From NCBI GenBank assembly GCA_016191425.1, contig JACPOR010000021.1:20312-84311 (forward strand): a stretch of 64,000 bases of DNA, given 5' to 3'. The notes beneath the pieces were generated by a model that saw nothing but the letters and a program-made list of their open reading frames with translations, did no database searches and had not been told where the DNA came from. This DNA is from Chloroflexota bacterium. Lineage in GTDB: Bacteria; Chloroflexota; Limnocylindria; Limnocylindrales; CSP1-4. Below are positions 10,901 through 19,477 of this stretch, piece by piece (within the stretch, counting starts at the first letter, position 1; every line of letters begins with the position of its first letter). The position numbers and the translations under genes are program-made.

Positions 10901-11176
10901 CACAACGTTCCGCGATTGCTCATCGATCCATCGACCGAGCGCATCGGCTTTCAGCGCGGCGACCGCGTCAAGGCGATCGTAGATCGCGTTCGTCAGATCG
11001 CCGGTCGCGCGGACATACACGACCGCGCCGACGACGAGGACGGTGACCGTCGAAAGCAGGAGGAAGTAGGCGACGAGTCGGGCCCGAAGGCTGCGCCGCC
11101 ATGGCCAGACAATGCGCCGGCTCATCTGCGGCACGCTGTCGGTCGGCTCGATGAGCGCATGGCCGGGCCTCGGCAC
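8000..11176 (-). CDS. hybrid sensor histidine kinase (TM, Cache-like, HAMP, PAS, HisKA, HATPase, 2x REC)
   Basis: H-box SHEIRTPMN; N/G boxes LLSNSVKF, DTGIGI, GGTGLGL. Two receivers (VLVVDDNATNL.., ILLAEDNAVNQ..DVVLMDVQMPELDG). The start could be the internal M at 11125. Confidence 0.9.
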   Translation of the reverse strand: MPRPGHALIEPTDSVPQMSRRIVWPWRRSLRARLVAYFLLLSTVTVLVVGAVVYVRATGDLTNAIYDRLDAVAALKADALGRWIDEQSRNVVYVGSIPGFGDDARDFLDPAVGAGARDAAATRLRTDLATVVSQTADAEEIFILDLSGTIRLSTLAQDEGVSQANQTFFAEGSFQPTVQNVYTSSLTGRPTITIATPLFDRNGAGQRVAVLAANLSLQRVDKIVREGTGLGSTGRTYLVGPDHRVIEGTASGAFVDSPGISDVLARKDGRGLYVDDRGTPVIGLYRWLGDRGAGLLAEISQEEAFSPARALALTIALVGLLSALVLTAGIWVVARRVTRPILTLAATAARVTAGDLGAVSGVRSDDEVGTLALAFDEMTAELRENVATLERRVTERTAELNRQRLYYASLVEVSPVAVVTMDQEERVSAWNPAATTLFGYLADEAIGQVIDDLILGSETLREDGHDLAREAAATGRAQKLGQRTRKDGTLVEVEILMVPLVVDGEQFGFYAIYHDVTELQAARREADSANQAKSAFLAAMSHEIRTPMNAVIGMSGLIMDTPLDAEQRDYAETIHTSGEALLTIINDILDFSKIEAGRIELDAHPFALAETLEGALDVMAPIAAKKGLELIYDLDPDLPPVILGDAGRLRQIVLNLLSNSVKFTEKGEVVIRIAGSRLPVGTLVAKPEYWEIQVEVRDTGIGIPPDQIGRLFQSFSQADASISRRFGGTGLGLAISRRLAELMDGSLVAESAGIVGEGSTFRLTIRVPEAEAEAEVDAAETMSRQPVLDLKGRRVLVVDDNATNLRILAAQLERLGLVVTATASALEARDLATVAPADFAAVLSDLRMPDLDGLELATAIRASAALVKPPVIVLSSLGGRDRATDNVAAFLAKPVKPAALRETLRAAIAGLEARGVPRTPERLAIDPELGARHPLRILLAEDNAVNQKLAIRLLERMGYATTVANNGIEAIDALTAYPFDVVLMDVQMPELDGLEATRQIRVTWPDRHVRIVAMTANAMEGDREVCLAAGMDDYLAKPIRPDELAAALLAVPAMTEGV

Positions 11177-11179
11177 CGC

Positions 11180-12151
11180 CTATGGAACCGTCTGGCCGAC
11201 CGACGTCAGGTCGAACGACCCTGCTGCGGAGGCAAAGTCGACGCCGAAGTACTGGATCGACAACTCCTTGAGCTTCCCGTTGGCGTGGAGGTCCCGGATG
11301 GCCGCATTGATTCGATCGAGGAAGGGGCCCGGTGCAAGCGTCAGGCCGCGATCGACGTACCCCGTCTTCTCGGTGTTGAATGCGGGCTCATCAAGCATCC
11401 GGAGCGGAGCCCCGTCGGCAATTGCGGCCGCGCCGACCGGCTGGCTGCAGAGGAACGCGTCGATCTTGCCTTCGGCCACGGCCGCAAGTCCCGGCACTTC
11501 GCTCGCAAACGTGACGATCTGGGGGTCCTGCACCGGATACTCGAGGGTGACGCCGGGGAGGACCAGGGTCTTGCGGAGATAGAGTTCGTGGGTGCAACCG
11601 GCGCAGGCACCGATCTGCTTGCCGGACAGGTCGGTCGGTGTTGTATATGTCGAGCTGGCCAGGACGAAGTAGTTGGCGGGGGTCGTGTAGTACGGCTGGG
11701 TCACGTAGAGGGTCTTCATGCGCTTCTCGGTCAGCGCACCGGAACCCCATGCGACGTCCCAACGATCACCCCAGTTGCCGGCGATGATCTGATCGAATCC
11801 CGGAGTGACGAAGCACGGTTCCACGCCGAGCTCCGCCGCGACGAGTTTGCCGGTCTCGGCATCAAAGCCGGAGATCTCGGGTGCGGTGAGCTGATTCGGC
11901 GCGCACTTCGTCGGCGCGGCCCGTGTCGCCCCCTTGACCGCGAACGACTGGGGCGCGTAGCCAGGGTCGGTTGACAGCACCAGGGTGCCCCGGGCCAGCA
12001 CCTGGGCGAGCTTGTCCTTGGTCGGGTCTGCCGTCGGAGTCGTCGACGGTCCCGCCGCGACGCCACAGGCAGCCATTCCGAGCGCAACGACAAGAGAGGC
12101 GATCACGAACTCTCCTGGCCGATGGTTGGGCCGGGACGCGACGAACGACAT
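11180..12151 (-). CDS. family-3 solute-binding lipoprotein (amino-acid-type SBP_bac_3)
   Basis: Lipobox LVVALGMAACG. Paralogue of the next gene. Lies 3 nt upstream of the kinase start. Confidence 0.8.
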   Translation of the reverse strand: MSFVASRPNHRPGEFVIASLVVALGMAACGVAAGPSTTPTADPTKDKLAQVLARGTLVLSTDPGYAPQSFAVKGATRAAPTKCAPNQLTAPEISGFDAETGKLVAAELGVEPCFVTPGFDQIIAGNWGDRWDVAWGSGALTEKRMKTLYVTQPYYTTPANYFVLASSTYTTPTDLSGKQIGACAGCTHELYLRKTLVLPGVTLEYPVQDPQIVTFASEVPGLAAVAEGKIDAFLCSQPVGAAAIADGAPLRMLDEPAFNTEKTGYVDRGLTLAPGPFLDRINAAIRDLHANGKLKELSIQYFGVDFASAAGSFDLTSVGQTVP

Positions 12152-12166
12152 GGCCTGGCCGCCTTC

Positions 12167-13144
12167 CTACGGAATCTGCTGGTTCAGTTTCGAGAGATCG
12201 AAGGCGCCGGCCTCCGTGGTGTAGTCCGCGCCGAACCACTTCATGGACAGGGCCTTGAGCGTCCCGTCCGCGTGGGCGGCAGCGATGATTTCGTCAACCC
12301 TGGCGACGAACGCCGCCACGCTGAGTCCCGACGCCTTGTCGACGAATCCGGACGGGTACATGGCGAAGGCGGGCTCATCGAGGAGACGAAGCGGCTTGCC
12401 CTCCTTGATCGCGTTGAGGCCGACCGTCTCGGCCGTCAGGAAAGCATCGATCTCATTCGCGGCGAGATCGTCGATCCCGGGGGCCTCCGTCTCGTAGCCG
12501 ACAAGCTGCGGATCCTTGACCTTCTGGACCAGGTCAACGCCCGGGATCTCGAGGCTGCCCTTGAGGTACGACTCAACCGTGCAGCTGGTGCATGTGCCGA
12601 TCCTCTTTCCGTCGAGGTCCGAGAGGGCCTGGTAGTTCGAGTCCTTGGCGACGAGGAACCGCTGGGGCACGTAGTAATAGGGCTGCGTCATCCAGAGTTG
12701 CGTCATGCGCTTCGCGTTGATCGCCCCCGAGCCGTACACGATGTCGAAGCGGTCGCTCCAGTTGCCCGCGGTGACCTCCGCCCACTTGGGCTGGACGAAA
12801 CACGCCTCTACGCCGAGCTTTTCGGCGATCAGCTTCGTCGTATCGATGTCGAAACCGGTGACCTCCTGGGCCGTGATCTGGTTCGCCAGGCACTTCGTAT
12901 TCGTCGCCCTGGTGGCACCGGCCACACTGATCGACTGGGGTGGGTAGTTGAGCTCCGAGTAGCCGACGAGCGTGCCCCGCGCGAGGATCTGGGCAAGCTT
13001 GTCCTTTGCCGGATCCGCAGCAGGCGACGCGGGTGGCGAAGCAGCCGTCCCTGTGCACCCTGCTGCCACGACGGCAACCGTGGCAAGGGCCAGGACCCGG
13101 ACCGCCACGGAACGACGACACTGCGGCGACATGCGGACCTCCAT
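12167..13144 (-). CDS. family-3 solute-binding lipoprotein (paralogue)
   Basis: Lipobox VAVVAAGCTG. Shares KDKLAQ(V/I)LARGTLV and the overall pattern with 11180..12151. Confidence 0.8.
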   Translation of the reverse strand: MEVRMSPQCRRSVAVRVLALATVAVVAAGCTGTAASPPASPAADPAKDKLAQILARGTLVGYSELNYPPQSISVAGATRATNTKCLANQITAQEVTGFDIDTTKLIAEKLGVEACFVQPKWAEVTAGNWSDRFDIVYGSGAINAKRMTQLWMTQPYYYVPQRFLVAKDSNYQALSDLDGKRIGTCTSCTVESYLKGSLEIPGVDLVQKVKDPQLVGYETEAPGIDDLAANEIDAFLTAETVGLNAIKEGKPLRLLDEPAFAMYPSGFVDKASGLSVAAFVARVDEIIAAAHADGTLKALSMKWFGADYTTEAGAFDLSKLNQQIP

Positions 13145-13173
13145 CTGCCGGTGTGGCCCCGAATCCGTTGAGG

Positions 13174-15399
13174 TTACTGGTTTGTCGATCCGGTTGGAAG
13201 CACGATCTTCACGACGATGGCATCTCGTCCAATTGGTGTTGCCAGCGGGCCGCTACCGCCGCTGATGGTGAGCCTCCGCGAATCGGCGCCGGTGATGATG
13301 TCGACATCCGAGGCCATCGAGACAGACGCGCCGTCGTTCGATATCGAATGGATCCAGAGTTCCAGCTCGCGCGCGGCGTGCTCCGGCAGGGCCACGATGA
13401 CGCTGCGCAACCGGCTCGGCGCTCCGACCATGGCCTCGGGCGCCATCACGATGCGGACGTCGGTCGTCTCGTGCAGGGCAATCTCGGCCGAGAGCGGTCG
13501 CCCGGCGGACATCACCGACACGATTCCGTATGTCGGCGGACCAGACTCGACCCGATACTCCACGACCGTTCGCGGCGCAAATGCGCCGCGTCGCCACGAA
13601 ACCAGCGCGAGCGCGACCGTTGCGATCGCCACGCCGATCGCGGCCAGACGCCCCAGTGGCTCACGCCAGATCCAGACCCCGAACGCGACGACTGCCAGGA
13701 GGTACAGCGTTCCGATCACGAGCGCCGTGAGCGGCATGCCGAGGGGCCCGATGACGCGGCTCGGGAGGCGCTCGCCGCGCCGTCGAGCCGCAACGACCAG
13801 TAGCATCGGAAGCACGCCGCCCAGGAGCGGAAGCGTGATGGTGCCGACGATGCTGAGCGGCGCGGTGAAGGAAATCGCGTCGGCGTTGAGCAGACCCTCG
13901 ACCACCAAGAACATGACGCCGAGCGGAAGCGCCTGAACAGCAAATCTTGTCAGACGCCTCCTTCGACGCCAGGCGGCCCCGGGAAGGGCCGCGATCGCCT
14001 CAGCCATCTGGTTGAACAGGCCGAGGCCGACGTACAGGGCACTCAGGCCCAGCCCAAGCACGACGAAGGCCGTCCCGAGGGCGTCCACGACCGGCCCCAC
14101 CCGCTCCGCGAGCAGCGTCAAGGCGGTTCCCTGGTATCCGGAAAGAGCCTCGGGGCCGACGGCGGCGGTCACCGCGAGAACGAAGGCGATGTAGATGACC
14201 ATGGCGCTGAGGATCGCGGCGACATTGCCGGCCATCAGCTGGCGACCGCCGGGGTCGCGTGCCAGCACGACCTTTGCCGCATGCCCGGCGGACGTGTGGC
14301 CGAAGAAGGCAACCAGTGCGACGCCAAAGACGACTTCGAGAAGTGACACGTCGAGGGCCAGCCCCGTCGAACCGGGTGCCGACTCGGCGGCGGTGTTCGG
14401 ATACCCTGCGGCGAGGATCGTTATTGCTCCGATGAGCACAAGATCGGCGATTCCCACCGCCACCGCCACAGCGACGGTCGCATCGAGCGAGTCGCGCCAC
14501 AGGACGATCACGACCACGCCGAAGAGCAGCCCTGCCCAGATGACGGCGGGCAGCCCGGTCACGGAGCCGATGGTCGTTCCGAATCCGACGAGAGCTACCA
14601 GGAAACCGACCGCATCGAGGAGGAACAGGGCGGGCATGGCCACGAGGTTTCCCGGTCGGCCGAGATAGTCGCCCACGAGCCGGCCGAAGAAGGCCGGGCC
14701 GTAGCGCATGTTCCCGTTGCGGGTGATGCTCTCGACGAGCGCGGCCACGGTCAGGGCATTGATCACGCCGAAGATGCCGAGCACGACGGTCGCCCCGACC
14801 GGGCCGAACCTGGCAAACGCGATCGGCAGCGCCAGCACCCCGCCACCGACGGTCTCGGTCAGGGTCAGGGCGTAGGCCAGCCAGAAGGGTGGGAGGCCCT
14901 CCAACCGCCGGGACGCTGCGGTCCGCCACCAGCGCAGGCGTTCCCGCATCGGCATCTGACCATCGCCCGCCGCCGAGAGCGGCCGTCCGGACTGGCGCTC
15001 GTAGGCAGCCGCCACCGCGGGGTCAGCCGTGCCCAGGGCTGCCCGCAGGTTTCGTGCCCGCGCCGGAAGGCCGTACTTCGCGACCACCCGCCCCAGGACA
15101 GCGGCTCGAAGCTCTGGGTCGGTCGGCACGAGGTCCGCCCATTCGCCGGCGTGACGATCGAGGTTCTGGACGGTCAGTCCAGCCAGGGCGGTCCGACCGC
15201 CGGCCAGCGCCGCAAGGAACGCCTGTTCCCTGTCGGCGATCGTTCGTTCGGTCTCGAAGCGGGCCATGGCCCGTCTTGCCCTCGCGGAGATCAGCGCAGT
15301 TCGATTCTCGATCGCGAACAACAGGGTGCTCGCACGACGGGCCGGCAGGCCGGCCAGGACTCCCTCCCGCGAGAAGATCGGACCCTCGTCAGGCGGCAT
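13174..15399 (-). CDS. APC-fold (Trp/Tyr-permease-like) membrane protein with ~190-aa N-terminal and ~120-aa C-terminal extra domains
   Basis: TETVGGGVLALPIAFARFG and FFGHTSAGH resemble the aromatic amino-acid permease core (about 11 TM). The start is placed at ATG 15399, overlapping the upstream gene's stop by 11 nt, rather than at ORF-track 15549. Confidence 0.7.
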   Translation of the reverse strand: MPPDEGPIFSREGVLAGLPARRASTLLFAIENRTALISARARRAMARFETERTIADREQAFLAALAGGRTALAGLTVQNLDRHAGEWADLVPTDPELRAAVLGRVVAKYGLPARARNLRAALGTADPAVAAAYERQSGRPLSAAGDGQMPMRERLRWWRTAASRRLEGLPPFWLAYALTLTETVGGGVLALPIAFARFGPVGATVVLGIFGVINALTVAALVESITRNGNMRYGPAFFGRLVGDYLGRPGNLVAMPALFLLDAVGFLVALVGFGTTIGSVTGLPAVIWAGLLFGVVVIVLWRDSLDATVAVAVAVGIADLVLIGAITILAAGYPNTAAESAPGSTGLALDVSLLEVVFGVALVAFFGHTSAGHAAKVVLARDPGGRQLMAGNVAAILSAMVIYIAFVLAVTAAVGPEALSGYQGTALTLLAERVGPVVDALGTAFVVLGLGLSALYVGLGLFNQMAEAIAALPGAAWRRRRRLTRFAVQALPLGVMFLVVEGLLNADAISFTAPLSIVGTITLPLLGGVLPMLLVVAARRRGERLPSRVIGPLGMPLTALVIGTLYLLAVVAFGVWIWREPLGRLAAIGVAIATVALALVSWRRGAFAPRTVVEYRVESGPPTYGIVSVMSAGRPLSAEIALHETTDVRIVMAPEAMVGAPSRLRSVIVALPEHAARELELWIHSISNDGASVSMASDVDIITGADSRRLTISGGSGPLATPIGRDAIVVKIVLPTGSTNQ

Positions 15400-16222
15400 T
15401 CGGGATGAGTGCGGAGGCAATCTGTCGGTACAGGGCGGAGACCGGGTGCTCGGGAAAGTGCACAACGAAGATCCCTTCGCTCGCGAGGCGCATGAGATCG
15501 TCCGAGTGAGGAATGATCGCCGCGACCGGGCACCCATAGGCCTCTTCAACGCGTGCGGTGACGGACGCTGCGTCGAATGCCTCGGGCAGCTTGTTCACCA
15601 GGATCCGTATCCGCGGCACCTGGAGTTCCTGGGCAACCCGCGCCGTAATGCCCGTTCCCTCGTAATCCTGACGGTCCGGTCGCATCACGATGAGCAGGCT
15701 GTCGGAGAGCACGAGAGACAGGAGGGTCTCTTCATTGAGCCCCGGGTGGGTGTCAATGAGGAGGACGTCCAGCGAGAGCAGGTCGACGAGGCGGCGAAAG
15801 CCCTCCGTCATCCGCTGGGCGTCGTAGCCCTCGCGGAGGATTCGGGCGATCTCGCCCGGCTTCATGCTCGATGGGATCAGGTGGATGCGACCGGTCGCTC
15901 CCGCGCCCGCCGCAGCCGTCACGTCCTGGGCGACCTGCTCGATGGGCCGGTCATGCCACAGGAAGTCGTTCAACGACGCCTCGACCTCGTCACCCCGCAG
16001 GCCGAACAAAGCGTGGATGCCCGGCGACTGGATGTCGGTGTCGATCACGGCGACGCGCCGGCCTTGCTGTGCGTAGACGGCGGCCAGGTTCGCGGTTGTG
16101 TTGGACTTGCCCGTTCCGCCTCGGAATGAATGGATGCTGATCACGGTGGCCAAGGACGCTGCACCTCTTGCGACGGAAGCACGCTCGGCGGGGGAACGGC
16201 TGACGAACGACCAGCGCAACAA
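15389..16222 (-). CDS. MinD/ParA-family P-loop ATPase
   Basis: Deviant Walker A SFRGGTGKSNTTANLA, with Arg where MinD/ParA carry the signature Lys. Also VAVIDTD and LLIDTHPG. The true start is probably TTG 16153 or GTG 16144. Confidence 0.8.
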   Translation of the reverse strand: MLRWSFVSRSPAERASVARGAASLATVISIHSFRGGTGKSNTTANLAAVYAQQGRRVAVIDTDIQSPGIHALFGLRGDEVEASLNDFLWHDRPIEQVAQDVTAAAGAGATGRIHLIPSSMKPGEIARILREGYDAQRMTEGFRRLVDLLSLDVLLIDTHPGLNEETLLSLVLSDSLLIVMRPDRQDYEGTGITARVAQELQVPRIRILVNKLPEAFDAASVTARVEEAYGCPVAAIIPHSDDLMRLASEGIFVVHFPEHPVSALYRQIASALIPNAA

Positions 16223-16283
16223 TACCCGGCACCACGCGCCCGTGGAGGCAGGCCGCGCCCGGTCCCCGAGGCAGACGGGTCAG

Positions 16284-16340
16284 GGGGACGCGACCGCGAA
16301 CGGTGCCCCGCGAGCTCCCAACGGGCGCGGCTGCGCCCGG
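16284..16340 (+). mobile_element. fragment of the MITE-like element (interior segment)
   Basis: gcgaccgcgaacggtgccccgcgagctcccaacgggcgcggctgcgcccgggg matches the interior of copies 1 and 2. Confidence 0.5.
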
Positions 16341-16486
16341 GGCCCGCGCTGCCCCGAGCCGGGCGCACGCGCTGCCCGCTCGGGCGCGCTTGGCCCCCCG
16401 TGGGCGCGTGGCCCCCCGTGGCGCGCGCTGCCCCCTTGGCGCGCGGCCCCCGTGGGGGCGCGTGGGCCCCCAGGCGCGCTACCCCC
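16340..16486. repeat. degenerate ~18-bp GC-rich tandem repeats (gggcgcg..ggccccccgtg)
   Basis: Read directly. Abuts MITE copy 2. Confidence 0.7.
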
Positions 16487-16752
16487 CGGGGCCGCGAAAT
16501 CCTGGCTGATGACCGCCCCCGGAGCACTGTCCGGGTAGGCGGCCGCGAACGGTCACCCGCGAGCTCCCAACGGGCGCCGCTGCGCCCGGGGCAGCGAGGG
16601 ACTCGTGCGTGGCGGAGCTCAGGTCGAGCACCGACCGAGCATCAACCGGGCACCGACCGAGCACCGACCGAGCATCGAGCGCGGTCGAGCGGCTCCGGAA
16701 CCCGGCTAGTGCTCCGCCCACGAGCATTGGCCAGGAAACCCGGCCGGGGCGG
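16486..16752 (+). mobile_element. MITE-like dispersed repeat, copy 2
   Basis: Collinear and near-identical to 5556-5832. This explains the shared peptide in shadow ORFs 5401..6183 and 16130..16819. Confidence 0.6.
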
Positions 16753-16815
16753 CGAGCGCCTGGCGCTCGCTGTCAGGCAAGCCTTGGAAGCCGAACTCGG
16801 CGAAGGGTGGTGGAA

Positions 16816-17218
16816 ATGACGATGGATGGGGCAGACCGCCGCGTCGATGAAGTCGCCGCAGAACGCGACGACAATCGCTGGCTTCTCCGAGTGGCCGGAC
16901 TTCCGGGCGTCTTCAGCCAGGTCCGTCGCCTCGATCAGGCCGAGGGCATGGCCCGAGATGCGATCGCGGCGTTCCTCGACATCTGTCCCGACGGATTCGA
17001 CGCTGCCGTCTCGGTGAGCCTCCCCCCGAACTCAACGTGACATCGCCGGCGTCATCGACCTCCGCGACGTCATCGACCGGACCGAGCGCGAGTACGCGGA
17101 ACGCACCCGGCGCCTCGCGACCCGTCTTGTTCGGGGCGAGGGGCTGACCGTTCGAGAGGCCGGTCGCGTCCTCGGATTGTCCTACCTACGGGTCAGCCAG
17201 CTTGTTGCGACGGCTTGA
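16816..17218 (+). pseudogene. HicB-family antitoxin-like gene (N-terminal HicB fold plus C-terminal HTH) split by a frameshift at a C6 tract
   Basis: Frame 1 (16816-17040): RWLLRVAGLPGVFSQVRRLDQAEGMARDAIAAFLD..VSVSLPP then stop. A second frame continues DIAGVIDLRD..EGLTVREAGRVLGLSYLRVSQLVATA to the TGA at 17216-17218. Deleting one C from 17022-17027 fuses the two. Confidence 0.5.
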
Positions 17219-17299
17219 CGGGCAGACGATCGGGACTGTTCCTCCGTTCATGCTCGACCGAGGCACGCGATCGGGTGCCGGAACTTCTAGGATGAGACC

Positions 17300-17734
17300 A
17301 TGAACGAGTCGGGCGCGAGCCGGGGCCAGTCGGCATCGGAGCAAATTTCGAAACGAATCGCCGAACTCGGGGACTGGCGCGGGGAAACCCTCACCCGCAT
17401 GCGCAAGCTCATCAAGGAAGCAGACCCGGACGTCGTCGAGGAGATCAAGTGGGTCAAGGCTTCGACCCCGGGGACCCCGGTCTGGTCGCACAACGGCATC
17501 ATCTGCACAGGCGAGGCCTACAAGCATGTCGTGAAGTTCACGTTCGCCAAGGGCGCTTCTCTGAACGATCCGGCCCGTCTCTTCAACTCGAGTCTCGATG
17601 GCAATGTCCGCCGAGCGATCGACATCCACGAAGGAGAAGACGTTGATGAGTCCGCCTTCAAGGCGCTCGTTGGCCAGGCCGTCGCCCTCAACGGTTCCGG
17701 CAAGTCGAAACCTTCGAGGAAAGCGACGTCCTGA
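17300..17734 (+). CDS. DUF1801 (YdhG-like) domain protein
   Basis: RIAELGDWRGETLTRMRKLIKEADPDVVEEIKW...KFTFAKGASL is typical of DUF1801. Confidence 0.75.
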   Translation: MNESGASRGQSASEQISKRIAELGDWRGETLTRMRKLIKEADPDVVEEIKWVKASTPGTPVWSHNGIICTGEAYKHVVKFTFAKGASLNDPARLFNSSLDGNVRRAIDIHEGEDVDESAFKALVGQAVALNGSGKSKPSRKATS

Positions 17735-17794
17735 GGGATACCCCCTGACCAGGTCCCCGGTGACTCCCGGATACGTTGTTGCGAGGGACCTCCC

Positions 17795-17890
17795 GGGGGC
17801 TGATCCAGCCGGGGCTGATCGAGCCGAGGGCTGATCGAGCCGGGGCTGATCGCTCCAGGGGATGATCAACCCGGGGGCTGATCGAGCTGG
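17795..17890. repeat. 15-bp tandem repeat (ggggctgatcgagcc, about 6 units)
   Basis: Read directly. Lies downstream of the DUF1801 stop, and each unit contains cTGAtc. Confidence 0.9.
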
Positions 17891-17919
17891 TCGGATGGTT
17901 CATCAAACCGGGCTCAGCC

Positions 17920-18158
17920 GCGCTCGGCCGAGGAGCGGAAGGCGCGGGTCGCCGGATTCGAGGCCGAGTCTCTCGCCGCGGGCTGCAGACTCGGGGCGTT
18001 CGTGAGCCTCCTCGGCACACGCGACGATGCCGCCCGCACGCCGCTATCCGCCGGCGACCCTTGCCGGGCTCGGTGACGTGAAACGCCACCACGACCCGGG
18101 CAACTTCTTCCGCTCCAACGTCAGCGTTGGTCCGGCCGCAGCGGCGGCGTCCGGCTGA
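17920..18158 (+). pseudogene. 3' remnant of an FAD-linked (BBE-type) oxidase gene, frameshifted
   Basis: My translation gives ..GAFVSLLGTRDDAA.. in one frame, then ..YPPATLAGLGDVKRHHDPGNFFRSNVSVGP..* in another. The second matches the BBE-domain tail (KxxYDPxNxFRxNxNI). No upstream body of the gene is present. Confidence 0.45.
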
Positions 18159-18220
18159 CGGCCGGGCAGACCGGGCCCGCCGCGCCCATCGGCCGGTTGG
18201 GTCGATCCCCGTCCAGCAAG

Positions 18221-19477
18221 TCAGCCGCCCAGGGCGCTCAGCGGGATGCGGATGACCTGGTCATTCGCTGCGTCGACGACCCACAGTGACCCGGACGCGA
18301 TCACGACGTCGCCGCCCCCAGGGCCGTAGGCTGGCCCTGGTATGACGACCCGATCGATCGCGTTCGTGGCCGGATCGATTCGGACGAGGTAGCCAGGCTC
18401 GGGCGACGTCCATGGAGCCCCGGCGACGACCACGACGGTGTAGGCCCGGCCGCCGAGATCGACGGTCGTCACGGCGTTGTTCGTCGTCGGGTCGATCCGG
18501 CCGAGGAGGTTGCCGCCGTCGCAGCTCGTGGTCCAGACGGCGGCCGGGCCAACGACCAGGCCACCGCACGGGCTCGTGCCGAGCGCGCCGATCGTCGCCA
18601 GCACCGCATTCGTCGCCTCATCGATCCGGACCACCGAGGAGGCGTTCGGGACTCCGACCCAGATGCTGCCGAGCCCTTCGGCGAGCCAGTTCGGCCCGGC
18701 CAGGCCGGCCCGACCGACGCTGATCGTGGCCACGACGGCGTTCGTGGCCGGGTCAATCCTGGCGACAGTGCCGCCTCGGGTATTCGCGACCCAGACCGCG
18801 GAATCGGTCGTCAGGACGCCTTTGGGGTTGGGCCCGACGGCGATCGATGTGGTGGCCTTGAGCGTCGTCGGGTCGAATCGCTTGACGAGGCTTGCATCCC
18901 AGTCCGTGACCCAGAGCCCGGCCTTGTTGACGGCCAGGCCCTGATAGTAGGCGGTCGGCGGGCTCAGGGTGACGGAGGCGCCGATCGTGTTCGTCACCGG
19001 ATCGATTCGAAGGAGCTGGCCCGAGGCGGTGAACAGCCAGACGGACTCACCATCCGAAGCCATGCCGACAGGTCCGGTGACCGGGATCGTCGCCTCCGGC
19101 GTGACGGTGATCGGGGTGAGGGTGGGGCCTGGAGTCGGGGTTGGACTTGGACCCGGGGTTGGACTCGGACTCGCCGTTGGGTGCGGCCCGCCGATGTTCG
19201 CCGGCGTGAATTGCTGGCGGAGCAGGGCCACCCCCACCACGAGAGCGATCGCGACCGAGGCACCGGCCAGAACGTATCGCCCCGGGGCTCGGAGGCGTTC
19301 GCCGCGAGATCCTCGGCGGAGGATCCGATCCCACGGGTACCTGACCGCCTGTTTCGTCGCCATCGTCCGGATGAACGACTCCTCGAGCAGGCGCTCCGGC
19401 GCGCGACTCGGCACGACTTCCTCCATCCAGTCCGCCAGAATGGGTCCGATGTCGCGGTCGGGCCGTCCGCGGGTCAT
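18221..19477 (-). CDS. sigma-associated single-pass membrane protein with extracytoplasmic beta-propeller repeats (putative anti-sigma)
   Basis: 4-bp overlap with the ECF sigma gene. TM YVLAGASVAIALVVGVALL. Repeated ..VWV(A/T)..G.V.RIDP.TN.. blades. Confidence 0.7.
   Translation of the reverse strand: MTRGRPDRDIGPILADWMEEVVPSRAPERLLEESFIRTMATKQAVRYPWDRILRRGSRGERLRAPGRYVLAGASVAIALVVGVALLRQQFTPANIGGPHPTASPSPTPGPSPTPTPGPTLTPITVTPEATIPVTGPVGMASDGESVWLFTASGQLLRIDPVTNTIGASVTLSPPTAYYQGLAVNKAGLWVTDWDASLVKRFDPTTLKATTSIAVGPNPKGVLTTDSAVWVANTRGGTVARIDPATNAVVATISVGRAGLAGPNWLAEGLGSIWVGVPNASSVVRIDEATNAVLATIGALGTSPCGGLVVGPAAVWTTSCDGGNLLGRIDPTTNNAVTTVDLGGRAYTVVVVAGAPWTSPEPGYLVRIDPATNAIDRVVIPGPAYGPGGGDVVIASGSLWVVDAANDQVIRIPLSALGG

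Noticed and set aside
13174-15549. 791-aa version of the permease-like ORF, and the 301-aa version of the sigma factor ORF (19474..20379)
   Set aside because: The longest-ORF starts overlap the upstream genes by 160-230 nt. Internal ATGs just after the upstream stops fit the family N-termini.
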